Assembly (NCBI GenBank): GCA_025201805.1
Contig: MU619300.1
Span: forward strand, 1 to 48,131
DNA from: Parasitella parasitica NRRL 2501
Taxonomy: Eukaryota > Fungi > Mucoromycota
DNA length: 48,131 bases
Reading direction: 5' to 3'
Below are positions 1 through 12,389 of this stretch, piece by piece. The notes below the pieces were generated by a model that ran no database searches, had not been told where the DNA came from, and was given only the letters and a program-made list of their open reading frames with translations. Position numbers and translations under genes: made by a program. Each line of letters begins with the position of its first letter. Within the stretch, counting starts at the first letter, position 1.

Positions 1-23
1 AAAATTAAAACTCTCTAAACAAA

Positions 24-1117
24 GTGAATAATGTCGAAATTCGGGCGAAAAAGCTTGAATCTTTCGAAATTGGACATGGTCTAACCAGCAAAGGCGACTT
101 TTTAAGCTGTACACTCTGTTTTATTAAATACAAATATGTTGACACTTTTTATTACTACAAACACAGAGTGCCTGCTATTAGAATCTGCTCAAGCTGTGGT
201 CAAGAAGGCCATTCGCGTTCTACAAGCAGGCTTTGCCTCAATAACACCTGTGCTAATACTAACACTTGCGGGAGCTGTGGTGTTATAGGCCATCATCGAT
301 CTTCTTATCGTCATTGCGCTAACAACATTGCTAACCGTATGACACAATTTGTTTTCACTTTACAATCATACTCGAACTCTTTGTATCAACTGGGATCTCA
401 ACCTGAAACTATGAAAGTAGATCAGCAAACAGAAACAATCAGCGTTAATGATGCAACAACCAGCAGACGTATTTGTTCAAGCTGTGGACAAGAAAGCCAT
501 TTGCGATCCACCAGTAGATTGGGTGCCAAATTAATACACAACAATACTCATAACATGGCTAGAAGAAGTACACCCTCTTTCACCAAACGCCATGATCTTG
601 GTGGAAAGAACAGCATCTGTCGCCATTGTCAAGCGCGCATGTGGACATAGAGAAAAATGGAGGCACCAGTGCAAACCCCGATTTCTCTTTGTACTGTCCT
701 GAGTTGATTGCTAATTTTCTGTTAGACCGGTATTCACCATGACCATCAAGGCTCAACACTCGACTTTCTTGGTCTTTTTCTCACATGGCCAGTTATATGC
801 TGCCTTCTCGCGCATTAAGCAGCTATCTTCAATCAAAATTCTTCTGCATAGAAATACCTCAACTACCAAAAACTATACTGGATCATACACCGATAATATT
901 GTATTCCATGAAGTATTTAAATAACTCTACTGATTTTTACGTTTTTTTCCTATTGTGCGTTACTACATCTATATTTTTATTTCTGTCTAACAATATATTT
1001 TAAGTTATAGATAAACAACAATAAAAGAGCATTGACTATCTGATTAGCACTTATCAAAAGATTGAGCTCCCGGAGGGCGACGATGGCCGTCGTGAGCGAA
1101 GCGAGCAGGTCAGCTAG
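24..1117 (+). mobile_element. Internally deleted (non-autonomous) Helitron; the 5' end is not identified and may lie at or before the window start
   Basis: ORF 24-650 has three CxxCGxxGHxR zinc-knuckle-like repeats and ends in RHDLG..CRHCQARMW, which resembles the RepHel N-terminal Zn module. It joins within ~100 bp to FSHGQLYAAFSR...TDNIVFHEVF (739-924), the last Pif1 helicase motif and C-terminus of RepHel. The 3' terminus shows a CGACG/CGTCG stem (1078-1092), a GCGAAGC mini-hairpin (1096-1102) and CTAG (1114-1117) followed by T. Confidence 0.8.
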
Positions 1118-1122
1118 TTCAG

Positions 1123-1638
1123 ATGAAAACTTCCAAGCCCAAAGAAAATACTCAAATTAAAATTAGTAACAAGTACTCTCAATGTGCTGTATCGAGCTCA
1201 GGGAATGCCAGCCTTGTTCTTAATTCACTAGCGTCAAACAAGAATTCAGGTAAATGGCAAATCTGAGACACTGGTGTGAGACCTTGCCACGTTATTGATA
1301 TAACATTGACAACTAAAAGTCTTCTAAAACACCCGGAAGTATAAGACATTGTAACCAAGGTAGTCGCAGGTGTTGAGGGCGATGCCTACATTATCGGAGA
1401 TTCTGAATGGGCGGACGGCACACAATCTGACGTACTATACGCTCCCAAGGATGAATCGCTTGGGCATGCCCCTATTATCGTTGAAGTACAGCATTCAGTG
1501 AACTTTGCCTTTATCAAGCGATCAATCAGGTATTGTAGCTTGGCTTATCAGAAGTTCAAAACATCACCTGTGTTGGTCGTTTTCTGTATCAATGCAACAA
1601 GTGGCATCCCAATCAAGCTCATTAGTTCCAGTGGATGA
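1123..1638 (+). pseudogene. PD-(D/E)xK restriction-endonuclease-fold protein pseudogene (multicopy Mucorales family)
   Basis: A single frame from ATG 1123 has in-frame stops at 1264 (TGA) and 1342 (TAA). It reads ...KSLLKHPEV*DIV...EWADGTQSDVLYAP...PIIVEVQHSVNFAFIKRSIRYC..., with D and ExQ spaced as in a PD-(D/E)xK core. Confidence 0.6.
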
Positions 1639-1899
1639 CATGACAAGATTGAAAAAGAAAAAAAGAGATGCAAGCAACCACAAAGATGGATGACTGACCA
1701 CAAAAACTGCATTAATTCCAAAGCTGAATTGCTCGAACATGGCTTGTATTTATTTTAGGTTGAATCTTATTCTACAAAAATACTTGATAACGCTACGATT
1801 CCTTGTTTATAATGCAGGAGAAATATGGACAAGGCAACAAGCTCATCCAACTTTTCATCCTCTTGGATACATTTTCCGATTTTTTGATTCGGTATTAAT

Positions 1900-2215
1900 G
1901 GGCATTTGCGCTCCCACAAGGTGTTCGGTAAATAATACAGGGATAAATAAATTCAAAATCGATGGTGGGAACTGACTACATTGTTGGTAAAGCTGAACAC
2001 GACATTTAATAATGTTTGCCATGATTTGTTGATCAGCATGCGTATAATTTGCATAATAATTGAAGGGAGTGGAAACGACATATTGGACTGGGATTCGTAC
2101 GTCACAACAAGTCTATCATCATTGATCCGAGCAGAAGCGAAAGTGTACGAATCTTTATGGACGTTTAATAAAAACCTCGCAACAATATCGATTATTTCTT
2201 GATGCTCTGACCAGA
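1900..2215 (-). pseudogene. Second, more diverged copy of the same PD-(D/E)xK-like family, frameshifted
   Basis: The minus strand reads EHQEIIDIVARFLLNVHKDSY...LVVTYESQ...PLPSIIMQII / HADQQIMANIIKCRVQLYQQCSQFP. This is collinear with the 1123-1638 protein but the acidic catalytic residues are lost. Confidence 0.4.
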
Positions 2216-2316
2216 TTTAAACGTGAACGTAAACGAATCCATTTCAATAAGTCGGGAGGGGGGGGGGGGTTTCTTAAAGAAACAGACGCCCTGATTTCTG
2301 TAGAAAGAAGGCTTCT

Positions 2317-3129
2317 TCAGAGTGCTTGCCCATTACGACACTTGTCCAAACATTTATAAGAATGCTTACCAATTCCTTTAAAATCACTTCATTTCAAGCT
2401 ACTAAAAGCTTCACTGATCTGTGTCATCAACGGCTATTTCTCGTGAAATCCATGTCTGTTTTTTCCCTTTCACGAACCCAATCCAAGCGCTCTTGAATCT
2501 TATCTTCGCTATTGCGGTCTATGGGCAGAAGCCGAGCTTTTTTGAGAGACAGATTGCAATGTTGCTTTACAAAATCGAACAAGATAGTTTTGGGTACTTT
2601 TAATTCTGTAAAGATTTGTTTCAACTTCTTCATTACTTCGTCTAGGACGACGGAAGGATTGTCATCAATGCACTCAAAGGATAGCGTTTTTGTGTTCCTC
2701 ATGGAGAATACGAGGACGACCAGTCTTTCTCCGTTTTTTAAAGATGATGTCGTACTGTTTAGCCCATTTCTGTGCTATGCAAACGTGAATCCCATGTTGT
2801 TTTGCAGCAGCGGCCGCACTCAGACACTTCTCAAACAACAATTTAAAGAACCTCACTTTGTCCTGATCACAGTAGCGTGTATAATTTCGCTTTACTGATG
2901 TTTCCCTCACAATAACGTCGCTACAAGGCTTTACCACTTCCTTTTCCTCCTGCATTGTCTCTATTTCTTTCTCGCCTTTTAGAGCCAATTGAGCTAAATA
3001 TTGTGTATGAGAGCTCAACGTTTCAAAACGAAACTGCTCCTCATCAACAATATAATCCATTGGTTCAGGTTGACCATATTCGTCGACAACCGAGCCTTTC
3101 CCATTTTCAAACATGAATTGAGTGTTCAT
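2317..3129 (-). mobile_element. Tc1/mariner (IS630-like) transposase relic with the DDE domain deleted
   Basis: It reads MNTQFMFENGKG...YTRY.DQDKVRFFKL..EKCLSAAAAAKQ.GI..AQKW, then GRPRIL and a second HTH (DDNPSVVLDEV...LSLKKA...RNSEDKIQERLDWV), with a frameshift at ~2690. It then jumps directly to the family C-terminus (LMTQISEAF...HSYKCLDKCRNGQAL*). Confidence 0.8.
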
Positions 3130-3526
3130 AATCTGTAATTTCTGATTCAATTGTGAAAAAGAAATAAAACAAAGACGAGCATTTGGTATGCTCTCAAATA
3201 TCCTAAGATTCAGCCAGGACGAATTTACATTTCGCACGACATTCTCCCGTCAGGGATTTTCCATCAGGGCGAATTTACTTTCCGGAAATAGTATACCATT
3301 CCCTCGAATAATTGCAGATGCTAGTAACCAAGCTACCCAGTCATCATTTAAAGGGTTTGCACGCTATTCTACCAGACGTTTTGATGACTGCCTTGCAGGC
3401 CAACCTATTTAATATAGATGATTGCGAAGAGAATTAAAATTTTATTTGATCTAATTACTGTGCCCTATTTCCCTCGATAGGTCTTTTACAAATTTATCCC
3501 CTTTTTACCCATTCCATTGAATAAGC

Positions 3527-3623
3527 CCAAGTATCCCGCTGAGTATCCTTGAATATCTCATTGAGTAGCCTTAGAATCCACTGAGTATGCACTGAGCATC
3601 TACTGAGCATCCCTGAGTATCCC
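3527..3623 (+). repeat. Degenerate tandem array of a ~10-12 bp unit (CTGAGTATCC-like), possibly a transposon subterminal repeat
   Basis: aagtatcc, ctgagtatcc, ttgaatatct, ttgagtagcc, ctgagtatgc, ctgagcatct, ctgagcatcc and ctgagtatcc occur in succession. Confidence 0.6.
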
Positions 3624-3933
3624 AACAACCCAAGAAAAGAAAAAAGTTGTCTGAGATTGAGGCCGACTAATCGATTCCATTTACAAACAGATCATCAGAA
3701 ATAGCTGCGTGTGAGAGTTATTTCAATGACTTTCATCAATGCACAGGCGTGCTTATGATAAAAGTACTAGTGCTATTGTCTCTCGATATTTGATTATTCA
3801 TATCTTGATAATGGTCCCTAAAACATAAGAAACTTGAGAAACACAGATTTGCACAAGATTTCTGGCCTGAAAAGTATATTTCAAGCTAATACTGTAATTA
3901 TGTAAAATAGGCTTTTCTAGAATAAAAACGATA

Positions 3934-5040
3934 TTATATGCTAGTTTTTATGATTGTAATAATAGTATATCTACAGTGGTATTTAACGAAATCCTTGCCT
4001 AAACCAAGATCCACAACAAGCTTGTCTTCGTGGTTCTTGTGATGTGGATGAATTTTAAAACTGAATTCGTACTCTGGGGTATTTCTCAACATATCAAGCA
4101 CAGCCATGTGTTTTGTCAAGTAGGTAGCAATATTACAGCTTAGACGATCCATCTTGATCTCAACCTTTTTAATTTTTTCAAATTTTTTTAACGAGTACTC
4201 AAGACAATGAGGATAATCTCCAAAGTTTTCAGCTTTAAAAAGATCCAGCGATGTTAGTTTTCTATATTCATCGTTTCCTGTAAACCGCTTTTCAATACTG
4301 TAGTCATCGTCATTGGCTGCAAAACATTTAAAATTCAAGGTGCTGAAGTTTAGCTGTGTGTCCAGCAAATTATTTAAATCGGTTAAACTGTAATCCACAA
4401 ATAGTGGTTGTTTTCAGCTTTTTGAATTTACCAAAATGGTCAATAAGATTGGTATTAGGGTTTTCATCACTGGTATCTGATTCATCGCAGGGATAAGTAA
4501 AATCCACATATATTTTTTCCAAAAAGTCAGTGAGATTGAGCACAAGCCTGTTGTAGAGAGGAGAAACCCCATCAGGAATTGGAACATATTTCAACTTGTC
4601 AAACTTGGCGTCAGAGCTTTCAACTATTTCGATCAGCACCTTGTAAAAGTCTTCATTTTCAAAGAATCCCTCAACCGTAGTCAAATTAGGGGTGAAAGCT
4701 AGACCCATTACCATATTATACAGCTCTAAATTGAAACCATTTACGAGATTCTCGTTGTTGCAAATGCGTAATTGCTTGAAGCATCTAACATATGGACGAT
4801 CTTTGAAGGCATCTTTGAACTTGTGAAAGTTTGCAGTTGACATCAAAGAAGCCTTTCCAAGAAGATCTGATTCGAGTATACAGTTCCATAGTTGACAAAC
4901 TTGTCTGCATTCGCTTAATGTTTTAATATTCGGGTTATTATGGTCATCATGGCTGAGATTTTGGAATATAGCAATCCAAATCTCTATTGGTAATTTGCAG
5001 AGTATTTCGTTTTTTTTAGAGCTGATAGTTCCATTGAGCT
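3934..5040 (-). pseudogene. F-box protein gene (Mucorales expanded family) with a frameshift at ~4385
   Basis: In frame upstream of ORF 4370-4846 is the F-box motif LCKLPIEIWIAIFQNL...LSECRQVCQLWN. ORFs 4370-4846 and 3934-4398 overlap in different frames. The start is uncertain (possible splice acceptor at ~5040, or a homopolymer slip). Confidence 0.6.
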
Positions 5041-6151
5041 GAAATCAGGGTATAACATAAAAAAAAAAAGGATGCATAAAAAGATATTCATTTATATGTT
5101 AACTGCTTGACTGATCATGAGATTTGTATTCACAACATATAGTGCTCGAACGTATATATCAGAATATACAAAGGCTACAAGCAATACAATTTACTGAACC
5201 ATCATATAATGAGCTTGCTGAATGTGTGCATGTGCATTGGATCCCCCAATCAGTGCAAATAAGTATACCGTCTTAGTTCTCGAGTGTACAGTTCAAGGGC
5301 ACCGAAACGAGTTTTGTTATTTACCTAAACTAGATAAACATGGGAGACTCTACAAAGATTTAGAACGATGGTTTTTCATAATGGCTGGGTGTCATACGAT
5401 ACAGTCCCATGTCAAGTGATGTACAAGCAAAGCTGTGTGTTTACACCAAGCATATAAATAAATTGCAGAAACATTTATACATTGCATTTGTAATGGTTTG
5501 GATGCGTAAAGATGTTTGGACAATGAGAAATATTTGCTTGAGTGCTTATTGTTACAGCATTGTAATTCTTTCAAATGGGCATTGTCCATATCTGTATTTA
5601 GTCAAGTGAGCTTTTCGTTCCAGGCAGTCAGCCAAGCTTCGATTAAAAGGGGGGGGAGGGACCAACACTTGCATGGAAATTATTAATTAAGGATAAGAAA
5701 TATTGTTTTCTTGAATGTAACACTGTTCGATTTATTGAGTATAAACTGCTAACAAAGTACAAAGCGACAAAAGGGATCGAGTCAAAGCACCAGGCCTTGT
5801 GTGCTTTGTTTCATTTATCCTTCTCAATGCAATATTTTCCATCACCATGAGGTCATTTTAAAAGACTGATAGTATCGAGCGAAAGACCTTCATTTGTGCT
5901 GTTGCCATCTTCAGTGACATGGAATAGCGCATTACTATTTACTGCTGCTTGGTGAAACCCCGTCATGAGAACACGCTTTACAAACCATTTTAAGACATGC
6001 ATGTTACGCAAAGACCAAAAAAAAAAATCTTAATAAATTCACCTCGTTCGATAACCTCTTATCTTTTCCTTTTCTCCACACATTTTGTGCTCACAAAATA
6101 ATCTTTGGCTGACAGTGGATCATTTTCATGTTTGCTTGCTAGAACATACCA

Positions 6152-6825
6152 ATGCAAAGAATTTCAAGGGCAATGAATTGGCTCCACAGAGCAAAGAAAG
6201 GTGATTTGACTGATGACGGCAATGCATCACCAAACCAACGGGATCAAATCTACGAGGAGATACAGCAGAAATCACAAGCATCGTTCAAGAGCCCTAGTCT
6301 GCATTCATCGCAGTATGGAGATCATGAGCACGACCCGCAGCGCAGACCTTCAATCCAGCGAACACAGACAACTGTCAAACTACGAAAGATCAGCAGTAAT
6401 GATGGACGCAGAGTGTTTGTCAACCTCCCTCTGCCTCGTTATGAATTAACAAGTAAAGGCAGACCAAAGACCACATATGCCACCAACAAAATCAGAACAT
6501 CCAAGTATACGATCGTATCCTTTATCCCAAAGAACTTTTTTGAGCAGTTTCGCAGGCCAGCCAACATGTATTTCTTGGCCATGGCTATCATTCAGATGCT
6601 GCCCATATTTGGTGTCAAATCGCCTGCTTTGACTCTTTTGCCCATCTGTACTGTGGTATTCATCACTGCACTCAAAGATGCCATTGAAGACTTTCAAAGA
6701 CACAAAGTGGACGAGCAATACAATCAAAACATCACTCACACTCTGAACGGCTATCAGAATGTAAACTACCCCGAACCGAAAAGCAGCCATAGTGGGCTAT
6801 TTTCTTCATGCTTCAGAGCATCAGA

Positions 6826-6863
<38 letters not shown>

Positions 6864-9800
6864 TATCAAATCAACCTAACGGAAAGAACCACGTTGAATA
6901 CCATGAAGACACATCTGAATCAACACAGGCGCCAGTGACATCTAAAGCCGATGTGTTTGCCAAATCATTGTCCAAAGATGTGCGAGTGGGCGATTTCATT
7001 CTATTGCGAAACGGAGACAGTCTACCAGCAGATGCCGTCTTGCTCTCCACGTCTGACAAAGAAGGCGTTTGCTTTGTAGAAACCAAAGACCTGGATGGCG
7101 AGACAAATTTAAAGCCTCGTACAAGCATTCCTCAATTGAAGCACATCCAGTCTGGTGCCGATTGTCTGAATCAGTGCCATTTTTATTTGGAAGCCGGCTC
7201 CCCCTCGCCAGATCTATACAAGTTTGAAGGAACTTTGGTCACATTAGAGAAAGCTCAAGGCTCGTCAGAGAAATGGGTCAAAAAGAGCAAGACGCCCATC
7301 GAAATTGACAATATTCTGCTTCGTGGCCATGTAGTGCGAAACACAAAGTGGGCTATAGCCCTCGTCTTGTTTACAGGCACAGACACAAAGATCATGCTGA
7401 ATTCTGGAGAAACACCAAGCAAGCAAAGTCGAGTTGACAAAGACATGAACAAAGAGGTAGCAGGGCATATATTGCAACAACGACTGTTTGCTACTGACTA
7501 AACATGACCCTAGATCTTTGTAGCGTTTGCTGTGCTGTTCTTACTTTGCTTGGTCTGTGCCATTATGGGCGGTGTCATGCGTTATCGTGCCATGTCTAGC
7601 GACGCAGCAGAACTATTTACAGCACAAACAGGCTCACCTGCCTATGTTGGCTTTGTCAATTTCTGGTCCAGTCTTATCATTTTCCAGAATATCATACCAA
7701 TCTCACTCTACGTGTCTATTGAATTTGTAAAAACTTTCCAGGTAATACCTATAATGGCTTGTTCTGTTGGCATGCTCATGCATTTTATCTAGGCATTTTT
7801 TATATGGAACGACTTGGACATGTGGGATGAAGACTCAAAAAAGTCCTGCGTTCCGAAAACTGTAAGTATCTCTAGAGCAGGAGCATATGGTATATTGAAT
7901 TGAACGCTGATTTGCATATCTCAAGTGGACTTTGTCCGATGACCTTGGTCAAGTAGAGTACATCTTTTCCGACAAGACCGGCACGCTTACTCGGAACATT
8001 ATGGAGTTCAGAGAATGCACCATTGGAGGCATCCGCTACGGCGATAACGGGTTCTCCCCCGAATCAGAAGGTGCTCGCGGTGCTCGTCTTCGCAAGGAGA
8101 AAGAGAACGCTCAATACAGACCCAGCGATGAAGAAAGCTCCTCTCGTCCTGTAGACCAGACTGCGCAAAGAAGTGGAGCTCCATCATCCGCACCAGAGAT
8201 GGTGGACGTCGAGGAGGATCCTTTTAATAACAGCAATGAAAAGGAGGCCGACGAAAGCAATAAGCAAAAGCGACAGGAAATCATCAAAGACTACGAGTCG
8301 GCGTTAAAGGAGGTTTTCGAGCCCATTTACTCATCGCTCAACCCTGATAAGCTTTCGTTTGCTGATCCGCAGATATTCAAAGATATCGAATCATCAGATA
8401 TGCGCAAAGATGCCCATAGCGACGATCAGTCTACTCGGATTAAAGAGTTTTTCATGCTGCTGGCACTATGTCACACCGTTGTGATTGAAAAGTTTGGAAA
8501 AGACGGCAAGGTCATCGAAGACGAGGAAGACGAGGATCAAGACGAAGAAGCTGGTAAAGAGCAGCCCAAGATTGATGAGCGCAGCATCGCCAGTGCCAAA
8601 GACAAGAAGAAGGGAAGATATCGATACAAGCAAGAAATTGAGCAAGTTGAACATGTGGATTCAAGCGAGCCGTCTGTAGATCTTCAAAAGAAGGCTGAAA
8701 GACGAGGGTTAGGATTCAAGGTGAGAGTAGGCGGTACCAAATTGCTACAGGTGCCTGGGCTGCGACATCTGAAGAAAAACAAAGACGCCAAAGACGGTCT
8801 CACGCGTTCTCGCAGTCGAGGTGAAGAATTCAGCTCTCTTACGCAAGACAACCAACATTTGGACCGCGTAGACGATACTATCATGACGCTAATCGATTAC
8901 AAGGCGGAATCCCCTGACGAAGCAGCACTCGTTAACGCAGCGAAAAATTCTGGCTTTGCATTTATCAGGCGGAAAGGACCAGTGCTCACTGTGGATATCC
9001 TCGGAACGGAGTATGACTTTCAGCTACTCGACACTCTTGAATTTAATTCTGACAGGAAGCGTATGAGCGTTATTCTACGCCGGCCAGCTCCATGGAATGA
9101 TATCATCCTGTACTGCAAGGGCGCTGACAATGTCATTGGAGACCGTTTAGATAAAGATCAGCAAAAGGAGGATATCGTAGAAAAGACATTTGATGATATT
9201 GACATCTTTTCGGAAAACGGTCTGCGGACGTTGCTACTGTCTTTTCGTATTGTGGACGAGAACGAGTATAATGAATGGAAGAAGGAGATGGACGAAGCCA
9301 GTACGGCGACTGAGAAACGCTCGGAAAAAATCGCAGACGTACAGGCAAAGATGGAAGTTAATCTCCAACTGCTGGGCGCTACGGGTATTGAAGATAAGCT
9401 ACAGGATGGCGTTCCACAATGCATCGAAGATCTTCGTAAAGCCGGTATCAAAGTGTGGGTTCTTACAGGCGATAAATTGGAGACAGCCATCAATATCGGA
9501 TATGCAAGCAACCTGTTGGATGGTGACATGAGGCTGTGGAAAGTGCGTGGCGAGGACGACACTGACAAAGTGACGCAAAGTTTGGTGGACACTAGCAACC
9601 AAATCGACCAAATTGAAGCGGACTATGAAAAGGAAGGAAACTTTGATGTTCCAATGAAGGAGAATGCGCTTGTTATTGAAGGCTCTGCTCTTGTGCATGT
9701 ATTCGAGTCGCCAGAGGCAAAAGAACAGTTGCTGGGTATTGCTATCCGCTGTAAAAGCGTCGTCTGCTGCCGTGTCAGTCCTCTTCAAAAGGCCCTGGTC

Positions 9801-10790
9801 GTCCAGCTTGTACGTAAATACCATAATGTCGTGACACTTGCTGTGGGCGATGGAGCCAACGATGTCAGCATGATCCAAGTCGCCAATGTTGGTGTTGGTA
9901 TCGCTGGTCAAGAAGGAGTACAGGCTTCAATGGCTGCCGACTATGCTATTTCGCAGTTTCGTTTTCTCCACAAGCTGCTACTCGTACAAGGCCACTGGAG
10001 TTACTCTCGTGTGTCTGAGATGATTTTGACCTTCTTTTTCAAGAACGTGTTTTGGGTGTTTCCGTCTTTATGGTACCAGATATACAGTGCTTGGTCTGGT
10101 AACATCTTTTACGATTACTCTTTTCTTCAATTGTACAACATTATCTTTACTGTTGCGCCAGTTGTCATTATTGGTGCTACGGATCAAGATCTCACCTCGC
10201 CGTATTTGAAGCATTTACCTGGTGTTTACAGTGTTCGAGGAAAGCTCTACACTAAATTTAAATTCTGGCTCTATTTTTTCGATGGCATATGGCAGTCTGT
10301 CGTTGTCTTTTACGCATTTTATTTCCTTTGGATAGGTGGAAACCCTAACGCTAATGGTCGATCTGAATCCATGCTGCAATTGTCCACCTCTGTTGCAGTC
10401 ACTGCTATTGTTTTGGCCAACATTATGCCTGGCTTTAATACGTATTACTGGACTTGGTGGCAGTTTACGTTTATTGGCATTGAAATCTTGCTTACATTTC
10501 TGTGGGTAGTTATATATGGTGCATTCCCTTCTGTTTCTCTGTACGGTATGGCTCAAATGGTGTTTGGTTCATGGTCGTTTTGGATGACCTTCTTTTTGGC
10601 CATCGTAGTCGCCTTCTTGCCTCGGTATTTAATTACATTCATCTGTGAATGGTGGTTTCCTAACGTAGTGGCAAGAGGAAGACACCTTGAGTTGTACGAA
10701 AAAAAGGTTAAAAGAAAACAAGAAACGGAGGAATCTTCATCTTCGTTTTGTGGACATTGCTTTGGCCATAAAAACATAAGAAATGTATAA
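6152..10790 (+). CDS. DNF1: P4-ATPase phospholipid flippase, Dnf1/Dnf2-like; introns at about 7457-7513, 7742-7792 and 7862-7925
   Basis: Motifs NKIRTSKY, LDGETNLK, PISLY, SDDLGQVEYIFSDKTGTLT, AESPDEAALV, FNSDRKRMS, TGDKLETA and GDGAND are present. GT-AG introns join the three ORFs in frame. Confidence 0.93.
6830..6862 (+). repeat. (CAG)11 microsatellite encoding polyQ in the flippase
   Basis: Direct reading of the sequence. Confidence 0.95.
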
Positions 10791-11289
10791 TAATTGTATT
10801 CATATTTGTAAGAGCCTAAAAATAAATATTCCAATGATATAACCAGTATTTGAAAGGCATATAGAGCCACGAGCTCAAAAACAAGTTCAAGATAATTTTT
10901 GATATAGTAATCATATTGAGCTTTCATACAGTTTAGATTTGGTTGTAACTCATGATTGGATAATATATAAAGTGTATCAAGAATAAAGATGCTCTCATCT
11001 TGACAATCTTTTCTAAAAACATACGACACCGTTTTTTGATTCATGATCAAAGGTATATGCAGTAGTTGCTATTGATGAATTGTGGCGTTTAAAAAGAACA
11101 AGCCATCCGGGAAAAAAAAAAAAAAAAAGATTTTTTCAAAACCACAGCGAGAAGCCAGAGTGTATGGAACTTCCTCCTTTTTCACCTGGACTTATTTGGC
11201 CTTCTTATAAACCTTATAAACCCTTCTGCACCTTAACTTTTGCCAGAAAACTAACGATAGCCGTCCGCTTGAAAATAATCATTTGAAAA

Positions 11290-12238
11290 ATGTCTAAAGT
11301 CCCTGCTAGTAAGCTGTTGGTCATGTAGAACGCAGGAAATTTAGACTAACAACAATCTGCAGTTTTGAACGCTACTGAAGAAGACATCCAACTCTTGTTG
11401 GCTGCTCAAGTCCACATTGGCACCAAGAATGCTAATACCCGTATGGCTCCTTATGTCCATAAACGTCGCGCTGATGGTATGTTTTTCAATGAGTATAATG
11501 ATTGCAAGAGGTATATACTCACGGAGCATTGTAGGCATTAACTTGATCAACATTGGCAAGACCTGGGAGAAGCTTATCTTGGCTGCTCGTGTCATTGCTG
11601 CTATTGAGAACCCCCAAGATATCGTTGTCGTATCCGCTCGTCCCTATGGCCACCGTGCTGCCCTCAAGTTTGCTCGCTATATCGGTGCCGAGGCTATTGT
11701 TGGTCGTTACACTCCCGGTACCTTTACCAATTACATTACTCGCTCTTTCCGCGAGCCTCGTTTGGTTATCTGTACTGATCCTCGCTCTGATTACCAAGCC
11801 ATTCTTGAGGCATCTTACGTCAATGTACCTGTCATCTCTCTTGCTGACACTGATGCTAACCTCAAGTTTGTTGATGTTGCCATCCCTACCAACAACAAGG
11901 GTAAGCACGCCATTGGTTTGATCTACTGGCTTTTGGCCCGTTCTGTCCTCCGTCTTCGTGGTACTTTGGATTACTCTACTCCTTGGGATGTCATGGTTGA
12001 CATGTTCTTTTACCGTGATCCTGAAGAGATTGAGAAGGAGAACGAGGATAATGCTGCTGTTGAGGAATCCAACGTGGAGTGGGGAGCCACTACTGAAGCC
12101 GAAGTTGATTGGACGATTGAAGGCTCTGCTGCTGATGGTGTTGCTGGTGCCGCTCTCCAAGGTGAATGGTCTGCCGAGGCTGTCAATACTGACTGGGCTG
12201 ACGATGTTAACCCTGCTCCCGCTTCTTCTTGGGACTAA
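11290..12238 (+). CDS. RPS0: 40S ribosomal protein uS2 (S0/SA); introns 11309-11362 and 11477-11534
   Basis: The spliced product reads [29 protein letters not shown]...[11 protein letters not shown]...[21 protein letters not shown]...[10 protein letters not shown], with strong codon bias and an acidic W-rich tail. Confidence 0.97.
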
Positions 12239-12389
12239 GCATTTTTTAATCAATAGCTTGTTTTTTTTTTTCGCCTTCCCAGGGCAAAAATTTCAATTTC
12301 CAATAAACAATAATAAAAAAAGCCTTTTTTTCTTTTGTTCTACATTTCTCTCTCTCTCTCTCTTTCTTCCTCACATTGTTATAGAAGAC

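Noticed and set aside
11519-12253. 244-aa antisense ORF over RPS0
   Set aside because: It is the shadow of strong codon bias in a highly expressed gene and has no recognisable motifs.
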